From positions 124,001 through 188,000 of the forward strand of contig JAQGDQ010000182.1 of the NCBI GenBank assembly GCA_030141605.1: 64,000 nt of DNA. Direction: 5' to 3'. The DNA is from Tubiluchus corallicola. Its lineage: Eukaryota > Animalia > Priapulida. Of the stretch, positions 1 through 49,591 are shown one piece after another (position 1 is the stretch's first letter; each line of letters starts with the position of its first letter). A program made the translations under genes and the position numbers. Below the pieces are notes generated by a model, which had not been told where the DNA came from, ran no database searches, and was given only the letters and a program-made list of their open reading frames with translations.

Positions 1-1287
1 TACGCGAATTTGTGCAATTAAATACTATTGTGGTTTAATGAACTGAAAACAGAAGTAACGTGAACGTATTGCTTGAGGAACGCCAAAGCCAAATAACAAT
101 TCTAATCTACGGTATTTTATTATTACACAATAAAGAAATGTTTAATACTTATTACTGTGGCCTTTGTAAGATTAAATGTATCACGTTATATTCTACACAT
201 TAACTTAGCTGTCATTTGGTTGTATGAGTAAAAATATTAGATTTGGACTAATTCCCATTATGAGAAATTTGTTTCTTTTGATGCGCAGTTATGTTTTCAC
301 GCTGACTTTCTTCGGAAAAAATGTCAACTGTAGATCTAAATCTTTCTTTTCCAAGCGATACCTTTCTAAAACCTTTTGAATTATGTAGAAATGCTGTGAG
401 CAGCCTTTTTTTCTAGTGTGGTGAGCAAAAATATAAAAAATGGGGTGGCCTTGGGAATGGCCTTTCTTTCCTGTTCTTTTCTTCTGGAACAATTTTTTCT
501 GGAGCATGTTAAAAGTACCTTATCTATTTTTTATCTATAACTATCGTGGTTGATTTACACTGATGGTACTCATAATCGTGGGACCATCCGTTGGCACATC
601 GCTCTAAATTTCACAAATATCTGTTTTTCATAAATTTGAAAGCAGAACAAAGATATTATATTAATCAACTCATTAGGAAAAGGCAAACAGCAGGTATATC
701 ACTCTATGGTAGCTACTATGCTCCACTGGGTTTCAAGCTTAACAGTTTTCTTTACCTGGTTTTTTCATAGCAGTTACAATTGTGATAAACAACAGCAGCT
801 GCAGCAGGCTTTAACAAAGCTAGAACTTAGACATCTTATACATGCAGTTATAGCAATTAATATTCAAACGCCAATGATGATGATAGTAAATAATTTTAAG
901 GATTAAACACAGGAAATTGTAAAAATGTATAAGAAATAAAAAATTTAAATGTAAATCTGTCTGTTTTCTATTTCGCTTATGTGACACATTGCTTAAGTGT
1001 ATATTTGTGCATAGACAGATCATTTGAAGGTTGACTTCACTTGACTGTTATTATTTTTCTACAACGAAATAATAACGTCAAAATTCTGCAGACGCTGAGG
1101 CTGGCAACATGGCAGCTATTTACTAGCAACCATTCTGCCAATTTCTTCTACACGAAGAGCGAACTGTGACGTGTTTGAGACAACTCCATTTCCCCCAAAT
1201 CACTCAGCGTCTCGGCATATCGGCAGAGTAATTGCAACACGCCGTGGTCGAAGGCGCTTCATAAACTGACATGGCCAGCTCTATAAA

Positions 1288-1443
<156 letters not shown>

Positions 1444-2319
1444 CTTCTGCCTCCCTCATATTCCCATTCTCTTTTCGTACTTCTCCCTACTTTTCTTCAT
1501 TTTCAGTTTTTTTCCTATTGTCTTTTCTTTTCACGCAGACTTTCTTCTCTTTTTTCACCTGCCCTTAAATTGTATCTGTTCTTTGTATATCACTGTAGTT
1601 GTAACTGTCCTTTGTATATCACTTTTCTTTTGTTTCCTTTTTCTCTTTTCTCTCCTTTTGCACAAATTGTGCTTCAAAACTCAAAGCACGTTTGTAAAGC
1701 CCAGTTAGGCACAATGCAGCTACTCGGTCATAATCGAATTACAACGTAAAGGGGTTCATGAACATTTAATAATAGTGAAAGGCGGAGAAAAAGTGGAATA
1801 GCTTTGATTGAATCTGAAACTGGCGAATCGTTATTAATTGTATCAGTCTGAGCTTTTGTGATCAGCAAAGATTGTCTGAAATCAGTCGCTTGAGCAGCTG
1901 CAGCCTTGAGGTCTGGAAAAATTCTTACAAGCTTGACAGGCGATTCAAATAGTACAGTCATTTTTAATGTAATTATTTCTTTTCATAGGCCGTTTTCTAT
2001 ATTGCATGATTTTTGTATTGATTGGACTAAACGGGAAACTACTTTATTTGAGACGTATCAGCAAAGCTGCTAGGTATTTTCTGTATGCACCTGATTTTTA
2101 ATTGATTATTAAGCTGACCACTCTGGTGACGAAAGTATTTTGTTTATAAATTTAACAATATTTTAATTAGTTTCAAACCAAATAAAAATAATTTACAGCT
2201 GTAATAATAATATGATAATATAAAATAAAATAACTGGGAAGATTAGAGCCTTACATTTAAAAAAAATGTTGACAGGTATTTCTTATGGTTTGTGTTGTCT
2301 GTTGAGTTTAACGTTCTTG

Positions 2320-2330
2320 TTATTATTATT

Positions 2331-2383
<53 letters not shown>

Positions 2384-2387
2384 ATTA
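2320..2387. repeat. (TTA)n(TTG)n microsatellite
   Basis: Directly visible trinucleotide run. Confidence 0.9.
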
Positions 2388-3128
2388 TCAACATAATACT
2401 TTTAGTGTTTCGTAATATACGCTTAAGTTAAAGTGATGTAGAATGGCCACTAAATCCTCATTGTAGCGATTTTCTGTTATAAACCGTCGCTAAGCAATGC
2501 CGACTGCTTTGAATTTTTTGCGTCTATTGAAATTTTTGCGCTGACCTTCCGCCCAAATTAAAAAAATACGCAAAACAACCTTTTCAAAGTGTGTACACAC
2601 ACACGCGCGCACGTACGCATGCGCACGCACGCACACACACGCACACACACATACATATATACAGGATATAAATTATGGTGTACCGTAAGGATCCACCCTA
2701 TGATTACTGCTTTTTCTCATCTACATTAGCGTGTACTACAAAGGTCCATCTAGGACCACTGCTTTTTTACTTATATTCATGACTTACCTTTTATTACTGA
2801 GTTTAAATTTACGATATGTAAACAATACATTGTACACACTGCATAAAGGCTGAGACTGAAGCGCAGAGAGACAGAAATCTTTCGTATTTAGTGGTGAACC
2901 AATCTTATATTACAATGTAAGTGCAGACCGCTGTATTAGATAAGATTAGCTATATTTGATATTCCAAACTATTACAAAGCATTTTTAAAAACTAGTTAAA
3001 ACTAGTTTTTAATAATTAACAATCAATTAGTAAACAACATCAGAAAGAGATGCTTTGGTTATTTAAGGTTACTAGAGAATAATTAATGTGCATAAACCTA
3101 ATCATAAAATGCTCTAACGTTGTTTCAG

Positions 3129-27381
<24,253 letters not shown>

Positions 27382-27623
27382 CAAACTGCACAAACGTGTA
27401 GGTAAACGTGATAATTTTCTGTGAAGTGTGAACGACCTTTATGTTCACTTGACTACCGCGGACAAGCACGGTTTAACGTGAGCGAGAAAAAGACTACATA
27501 ACGCGTGAACTGTGATGTGAATTTATGTGACAGACTTGTAACATGTATAGGGTATACTCACTCTCCTGTGCACAACAGACACTTCGACAGCGGTGTGAAG
27601 TTCTACTCTACGAGATATGTTTT

Positions 27624-27629
27624 AATAAA
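27624..27629 (+). other. Candidate polyadenylation signal of the GABA-B-like gene
   Basis: AATAAA 243 nt after the stop, followed by GT-rich sequence. An alternative signal lies at 28170-28175. Confidence 0.4.
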
Positions 27630-29869
27630 ATTGTGTATATATGTATGTATGAGTGCATATTACTTAGTTCAGTTGTGAGATAATTTATTCGTACATAAAA
27701 AGGAGCTACGGATGCTATTTTACTTCTGCAAGAGAAAGCAAAGAAAACATATTTTCTTGCCACTTGTAGAGATGTATATTTTACTATACTTAAAGCGGTA
27801 ACAGTTTATGATACTGTCTATTTCTAGAGAATAGATAGTGCCACATGAATTGGCAGCATTGTAATACGCTATGCCAGATGTTACAGCACCTACTGAATTG
27901 TTATTGAACCAGAGAGACTAGTAAATTCAGGCTTCATGATCTCATTGGGCCCTCTTATGTTTTTTCGTTGTACTATTTTGTGAAAAGAATCGCGTAACAG
28001 TAATTAAAAAAATAATATATTTTTTTCAGTTAATTTTTTTTTGGGTATATAGATGTCAGGGCAAAATAATACGTAGGCCACTGGTATAGATTGCTATATC
28101 AGCTGTATGATCATGGAGATGAATATATTGTCGCATTGTTGTTAAATGTTTCACACTCATTAACGTGTAAATAAATAAATACATTATTGACGAATTCTAC
28201 TGCAAAATCTAATCTGTCTAATTTATGCAAGTAATAGTAATTTATACAGTGTATAAAAATGTGTTTTTTGGTTATTGTTGTCACTTTTTGGTTTTGTGTT
28301 TCTACATTCTAGAGCAAAATTATAAATTATCATGCGATTTTTTTATTGCCTGAAGGGCTAGCAATTACATTGTTAATATTATATCATTCGATAGCTGTAT
28401 TCAAATTTCATTTTCATATCCTATATAGTGAGTTCATTTGATGTTAGATGGAAATCACAGAAAGATGATTTCCATGGCATGTTGCATTGTTCTATAGAAG
28501 ACAAAAGAATACTTCTCAAACACGACAAAAAGACTGGTACTGACCAGCCTGTAACGCCCCAAAATGCTCCATTAGTCCACTACAGTCTGCATGAGTGTAT
28601 TACTGAAGTAACTGTTTTTGCAGTTTATAACGTATGGAGAGCCATATCACATCAACCACAACTTCTCAGCAATTTGTGTTTTTCGTTATTATTGTTGTTG
28701 TATAAAATCACGTCAATGTGAACACATGTAGTTTGTTATTATCAGAGTTTACAGCGTTACATATTTCTACAATCGCAGTTGTATTGATTTACTTATTTGA
28801 ATCATACATTTCATTCAGATTATACTTTATTTTATGAGTAAAACCAGCAGAAAATTGGCTTATTAAATTGCCAGTTTGTAATTTTAATTAACTGATTTAA
28901 AAAGGCTACAGGTTTATAACCCTTTTTGTTTTTGTTATGATCTGATGTTGCATGCTTTATATCAAACAGCAAACTAAAGTGCTTATAGGACTTAAGCTGC
29001 CATGTACAGAAATCACTACTAAAATAACAGAATCTAATGCACATCATTTTGTCAATATTCGTTGTTTTATTACGTGTTTTACCTAGACAAAGATTTAGGC
29101 TGCAATGTCTAAATTCATGCTTTCAGCAAGTATTTAAACAATACAACAACGTTTCACCAATCTTGTTTGTGATTAGTCATTATTTTGATACTTTGCATTT
29201 ATTATATTTCGAGTTTTCCAGAAATTAATTTATTATTTAATGTAAAACGCACTAAATAAAAACGATCGTACTGGTATAGTATGATAATAATCGTAGTAAT
29301 AGTTACTGATGTATGTGTAACATGTAAAGTCTCAATATTGTTCACTGTTATCTGTAGCTAAGTTATTATTCTGACTGCAAATGTGCACCGGCACCAGTGC
29401 TGTACAAAACAACATTTGTTATGACATTAAAAATAATAAAAGTTGTAATTTTTCCACCATCGTTTATTGGCTGTAATTGTTATAATTGACACTTCTAGGC
29501 GAAACGTAGTTAAAACTATGACGTTAAAATATCGGTTGATTCTTCCCTCTCTTTCTTTCTCCCTCTTTCTTCCCCTCTCTCGTTCTCTCTCCCTCTCTTT
29601 CTTTTCTTTCTCCGTCTCTCTTTCTCGTTCTCTCCCTCGCTTTCTTGCACTCTCCCTTGTTTTGCTTGCCTCTACTATTTTCCCTACCAGTACTTTGATA
29701 ATTCCATTTTGTCACTTTTATTAGTTTTAGTCTCAAGCATCTCTTCGGCGCGGATATTTACCCTATTCACATTTTGCTCTTAACACAACTCTGATGCTCA
29801 TTATCACCTCAGCTTTAAGTAAACCACTTTTCCAGCAGCCACTTTCCAACACCAGAGCCTAGTTAATGA

Positions 29870-43227
<13,358 letters not shown>

Positions 43228-45260
43228 GGTGAAACCTTCACAACGTTTTGTGTGCGATCAAGAAATTCAACTTCTTATCAATCCACCATTAAAATTTTTC
43301 GTCTTCTGTAATTAAATGATTACAAGTTATTAACACCCAGGTGTCACGCAGGCATCCAGTTGTGACACACGGAAGTCGGTTTAGGATTATTTTACGATTA
43401 TTTTTTGGTCTAATCATTACTTACTTTTTATTCGGCTTCCGCATCGAACATAATTACAATTTGTACTAAAAATGAGTAGGAATTCGTTTAGTAATAACTG
43501 ATTAATAATACGTTCATACATAAATGCCTCATTTGGTTAATAATTCATTTCCTAAATAAAATGACAGAATACGAAATACAGTTTGTAATAGTGAAAATTA
43601 CATGCACATTTATGCGCTATGCTTTAAGAAATAACCTTAGGCATCTACGATAAAGAAGTATTTGAAAGCTTAACGCAGCAAATGTATGTCAAAAGATAAA
43701 CATAAGTAATGGCATCAGAAAACAATACAACGCAAAACTACTGGTGAGATGACACCAAATCAAGACATGCCATTTAAACTTGATGTAGTATGGTGATGAT
43801 GTAAAATGGTTGAAAACTCTTCAAAAGTTGCAAAACTATAATTATAATAAAGGAAACTTACCTACCATGCACGGTAGTCCTACACTCATGTATCAGCAAC
43901 AATCCTAGTGATTTGTATTAATTGTAATGCAAACATCACTAAAGGCGCAGATTTGTGTAGTCATGAATGGAAAGTGACTACATGTACTGAAAGCAAAAGT
44001 GAGATTTGAAAACAATGACCAAGTTGTAATGAAATTGAGGTAAGAATAAGAGTTCCATTAGTAATTACTGCCTATTTATTAAGATGCATCCTAAACCATA
44101 TTCACATCCATCCTAAATTTTACACTTTGATTTTACTCAGTATCTACAGAAATTTGTAAATTTCACAAGTGACAGCTAAAAATAATCCCGAATGAACAAA
44201 CCTAAATATAGAAGTCTAGTACTTACTGTTTTGCGTTGCTACAACATCATTACTTGTAAACCGCTTGGATTCCATCTTTCTTCTTGGAAGTTAATTATTC
44301 ATGTATCTAAGACAACTAATCTTGTTCTGGCTACACCGACTGATACGTACATTAGAGTTACAGGAGACCAACAAATAGGGTGAAATGGGGTAATGTCGGA
44401 CATGGGCTAATGTCGGACAATGAGTTTTACGTTTACCTAAAACCCATTAAATTACCTGGACGTTGTAAAGAAAAGAACGTTGTTTCTTTCTTTCATTTTT
44501 AATACCGACACATCACATCTTTAGACTGGCATCACATCCAGCATTGCTTAGCAGTTCGTGTTCTAGCAGCCGTATGGTCGTGAACATGCAAGCTCACTCA
44601 GTGAGTACGGTTATTCCTAGTCGTATTAGTCTTTATTTTTGATTTTCTGAAGAACATACCTAACGCATTAATTATTTACAGTATTCTCTTCAGAAACGAT
44701 TTATTTCGTTATTTCCTTCTTCCCTGGTGCTTTCATGCAACACTTTGTAAAACTTCATATTTATTTGTTTATTATACAACTCACTGAAACAGTGTCCGAC
44801 TTTACCCAAAGGCCTATGCTAATGTCGGACAATTTTTTGTGTCCGACTTTAGCCTGAATTAATTGTTTGTGTGGGTAAATAACATAGATTTTTGGCCATG
44901 TGAGTCAAAATGTAAAAATAACGTGATTTGTCGCATTTTGACACCCACCTTCTCCACAAAGTTTCATGGAAATCTGTTGGGTGCTTGTTGTGTAATAGAA
45001 TTACTGCCATAACAGACAAAAAACAACCAAATAAACTGTGTTGAAGCATAACTTCCTTGGGCAGAGGTAAAAATAACTAAAAAATTATCCCCCACTGTAA
45101 TCCTAACCCTAAAACTCATATTTTACTAAGTGTGCCATTTTTTCCTGTGCCATTTTTCCCGTGCCATTTTGTTCTTGTACCATTTTACCTATGCCACTTT
45201 CATCTACTTTTTCATTTGAGTCATTTTTTCCTATATTCTGAACTCACAGGTCGCGAAATT
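43228..45260 (-). other. Candidate spliced 5' UTR of the EF-hand/SR-repeat gene (exons ending at 45248, 44306-44227, possibly 43904-43862, and 43305-43228)
   Basis: Strong minus-strand donors GTGAGT (45247), GTAAGT (44226) and GTAAGT (43861); acceptors ..gtcttag (44307) and ..ttacag (43306). In-frame stop upstream of the main ATG. Confidence 0.45.
44376..44855. mobile_element. MITE-like element with repeated subterminal motif ATGTCGGACA
   Basis: Left end tagggtgaaatggggtaatgtcggacatgggctaatgtcggaca. The right part has inverted tgtccgactttaccc and tgtccgactttagcc plus another ctaatgtcggaca. Confidence 0.55.
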
Positions 45261-45330
45261 CCTACCCGTGTATTTACCGGAAGTAAAAGAGAGCGGAAGT
45301 AGCAGATCCTAAAATTCCAAGAGCACGCGT
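45248..45330. promoter_or_regulatory. Putative bidirectional core promoter with tandem ETS (GABP/ELK-type) sites
   Basis: CCGGAAGT at 45277-45284 and GCGGAAGT at 45293-45300, TCGCGA at 45251-45256, locally CpG-rich. A minus-strand donor (CCT|GTGAGT, 45248/45247) lies immediately adjacent. Located between the divergent 5' ends of the EF-hand gene and the GLUT gene. Confidence 0.55.
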
Positions 45331-48300
45331 TCGGCTGACATTATTCAGCAAACGAATGATAGATCAAATATGAGTTTATGTACAAAAGTTTAGTTTATAT
45401 TTAACTAAACGCACAAATCCTTAATTTTTAAAATCTTAGTTCTTTAATTACCAAATTAGAAATTGTAGAAATTCAATACGTGTGAAGCGATAACAATTTG
45501 TAATTAGGCTTTTCACAAGAACTACAGAAAAGGAGCCAAGTCTTCATGTAAAAGACTAGCTATTTAAGTCAAGTTTTTCTTGTAAAATGTTCGTGTACAT
45601 CAAACTTTGATTTATTTTTTCTGTTTCGCAATGGTAATTTAGCTGAAGAGTTTTTAAATAGTCTTGCATATTAATATAAACGTTTCTTTCCAGTCGAAAA
45701 TGCGGCAATTGCACAGTTAAGGTCGTAGATGGCAAGCAGGTACTAATAGGCTGCATGGAGCGTGGAAACACGATTTAAGGGCGACCTCGGCACTACATAA
45801 CGTAAAACTATCGTGGAAGGAGCAGGAGTACTCGATACCAGCTCCAAAGCCTCGAGTGATGAGGTGAGTGTGACATCATAGGTTCCTGTGGAAGCCCTTA
45901 TTACATGTGATGATGATAATATAACTTTCTGATGTCTTCACTCTTAAAAAATGTCTAGTTTTGTCGTGGTTCAATCATAAGTGCAAGTGTGAGGGCCCTT
46001 TCACATTATTTTTGCATGAAATGTAGGCTAATGCATGCGAATATTTGGCAGTCTTCCAGTAATGGAAAATGCAGAATGGCATTATTATAGACGGCCGTGA
46101 AAAATATAAGTTGAAAATCCTAATATTACGTGGATATAGTTATGTTTGTTTAGTGATTTTGACAATCATAATTATCATTTATTGTTTTCAGTGTGGCATT
46201 ATTTTCTCTTCTTTATCATTGCTCCTAATAAAAAACGAGTGTTTAGTAATTAGTCAAAAATCTTAAATGCTTACAAAGAGGTTAAATTTTTATTTGTGTT
46301 AGCAGCTTGGTCACCACTTATTTCTACTAATGTTCAACTTTGATTATTATTTAGATTCAAATCAATCGTGACGACACAAGGCAACAGCAGCAACAATGAC
46401 AGCGACACTCCAAAATCATGGCAGCAGCAAAGCTTCTTCAATCTTGGAACAAGAACAGTTCTTTCCAAACAATCTCTAAACGGAAATTAAATGGTGGGAT
46501 TTAAGAATTAGTTTTAAAGGTGCAAATACTTGAATAATTAAATTGAATTTCAATACTTTTAATCGAAATATAATGTAAGTTAGCACTAATACGAAAATTT
46601 CTTTTTCAAATTCAAGTGTCTATTTTTGTTTTTACTACTCGACCTTAAATATTCAAATGTAAACCTTCTACACGGACTTAATTTTACTGATCAGACGGAG
46701 TAACAACATGCAAGACTGTCACTGAAGTCACTGTGCTACGTAAGAAGTTAAGTCACAAACTATGAAAAGGGGAGGCTAATGAAAGCAGGATGATCAGGTT
46801 TGTTACAAGGAAGATTCCGCACGGTTAGGTGTGTAAGGTACTAACCAAGAGTTCTGTCCTCAGAACCATCTCTAGTGGGTTGAATGTTGACAGTCAACAT
46901 CTGATAGGTCAGGATTTAGTGCATTGTGTATTAGAAAACTTTGGGTAAAGTTTTGATCACACTGACTTGCTCTTTCACTTTTTTACTCACTCATTCACTC
47001 CCCTAAAACTGATTGTTGAAATTTAATCATGTAACTATTAGGAGCTTTTTTGCAGTAGTTTTTTGTCATGGCAATGAATCTCTGCCTTGCAGAAATTTTG
47101 CAGCCGGAGTGAATATGGTATTTCAGTGAAGTGAATAAAACTATGATAATGCTGTAAGGAGTTTAGCTTATATCAAAATAATTTTATGAGTATCCATATG
47201 TACAAGCGTGCAATTTTCACGTCATCCTGTAGCTTACAGCCTAAAGTTTTCTCTGTGGTCGTATAATTGATCTTAGAAAAAACAAAAGTTTGAGGAAATT
47301 CTCTTAGAATTTCGTTGACAGCGCGCAAGTCAAATGCCTCATATTTTAATTTTGCGTTTACAAATACGTTTCTATTTTAGTAAAACAATTAATGTTTGTC
47401 TTTCCAACTATTCTGTTTGTTGGTCAATGCAATTATTGACTTAAACAAGTTTAAAAAGAGATCGAAAAGCTGACTCTTTAGTTTGAATTTCGTTATTATT
47501 TTTTGAAATGTAAGCATTAAACTAATAAGAAGATCGATGTTAATTATTTGCATCCCTTTTGCCTTGACTTTTGCATCCCTGCTCACTTCATTCACGTGCT
47601 CTCTTTCTCTCGGTTTATGGTTTCAGCAACAAAAATGCTTGTAATATCTTTGTTGAAATTGCAAATGAATTAATTATTAAAAATTACTTAAAATGTGCTT
47701 GTCTATTAATGATACCTTGATCATAACTTATCACTACAATGTTGAATGTATAGTCACTATAGTCCGTATAATTTGTGGAAGTTTTTAGTAAGAAATTCGA
47801 CAGTAATTTGACATTTAATCTGTTTGTATAACAGCTTTAAAGCTGTCATCCATAAAATTACCATCCCGTCTTGTACATGCTCCCTTATATTCCTAGCTAA
47901 TTACATAAATTACCATTTTATCAATAATTTTCCTAATACACCACTATCCTTATATCTCCTAATTTACTAAATCACTTACAATTTACTAAACTCGCCTCAC
48001 AGTTCAGATGTAATACTTTTTGGCACAGTTAATAAAAAAGTTTTTTACGCTGTTGTGATTTAATTTTGTCAGATTACCCTGCAATGAGAGGGATTTACTT
48101 AGACTTATTTATTTGTCTGAATCCGGGACTGAATTCAAGATCTTATGATATCTGAACTCATACATTTTTCCTCTATCAATCTGTTATAGCGATGATATAA
48201 AAAACCAATGCTTGAAAATTTATCTGTCTTTAATAGACATTTAATTAATTATAATTAATTACCTTGAGACTATCGTTTGGACTATATTAATTACCTTGAA

Positions 48301-49591
48301 ACTATCTTTAGGGATATCGTTTTGGATTATTTTGTTTTTATAGTATTTTGTTGTCGTTGAAGTAAGTTTCTACGGCAATGTTGACACGTCGTCGAAGCGC
48401 AAGTTTCATGAAGCATCCATGCTTGAACATTACGTATTTCGTTCCGCATGTTTGGTAACTGCCCTTGCTTATTTATCCGCAGCTATTCCGCAGTATGCAT
48501 TCCGGATGTCTGGTAGACGTCACTTTATGGGTAAATAAGCTCACTACTTTTAAGTGAACAAAAAATAAATGAATTAAATAAATAGCCTATATTTTTTCGT
48601 AATTCTACTATCTAAAGTGAAATAAATCGTTTTTGTTTATTTGTTATACAGGTATTTTTTCAAAGCTGTAGTAATAACATTGCTTACGCTATTCAGATTT
48701 TCAGAAGATTTCGTGTCATCGACTAGCTTAGCAAATATTGCTATACCGTTTATGATACCGTTGTAGTTTTTTCAAAAATTATGAAGCTTATTTTTAGGCA
48801 CTTATTTAATGGCTCTCACTACACTTGGTGCATTTAATTAACGCTTAGCAGTATAGCACGTAGTTGTATTACATAACGGTTCTGTTAATGCACCTGGTCA
48901 CGAGCACAAGAATGGCGTCAGACATAAATTAGCACATAAAGGTTTAATGTTCCTTTACTGCACTATGCATCCAAGCATTGAGAATTAACTACGAGTACTA
49001 TCAAATGGTAACTCTGAGTGGTTGAATATTAAAGTTATTTGCTATTAAATAAGTTACGAATCATCACTATGGGAACCAGTTTTAATCCTCAGACAATCAT
49101 TATTACCTTGTAGGGGAGGTCGCACATTCAGAATAAGGCCATGCGTGTACTATATGACGTACGTAATAGTAAGCTACTACAGGGTAACAGTATGTCATGC
49201 TTATTGACCGCAATGACGAATAGTAATCAGCACAGGTGCTATCATGGATGCATAACAAGGCGACATCACATAACATGTCTACCTGCATCTGAGCGTTGTA
49301 TTAATATAAGTCTACCTATGCAGTCAACTGTTCTCTGGTTCAGTGCGCTTCAGCAACGAGATGCCTGTAAAACAGCGTTAAAACATACCGTCTATCTAGC
49401 TAGGCCAGACCTATTTTTTGTTGTTGTGCAACATTAAAATATCGACGGGCGCTGTACTACTCAAATACAAGTCGTTGTATCATGTGTGACGTTGCAATGC
49501 AAGCGTACAGTGAAGAAAAATCTTAGCAAGTTAGCTCATCTTTCTGTCGATTCAGGCAATTGTTTGATTTTGAGATTTTGCATTGAGTGAG

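Noticed and set aside
1989-2073. AG/GT-bounded segment as an upstream receptor exon
   Set aside because: Its translations show no similarity to the GABA-B N-terminal lobe, so it cannot be tied to exon 3129.
45695-45778. Peptide RKCGNCTVKVVDGKQVLIGC resembling a 2Fe-2S ferredoxin motif
   Set aside because: Only 27 codons, no upstream Cys-containing exon or start found, and it stops immediately; likely chance.
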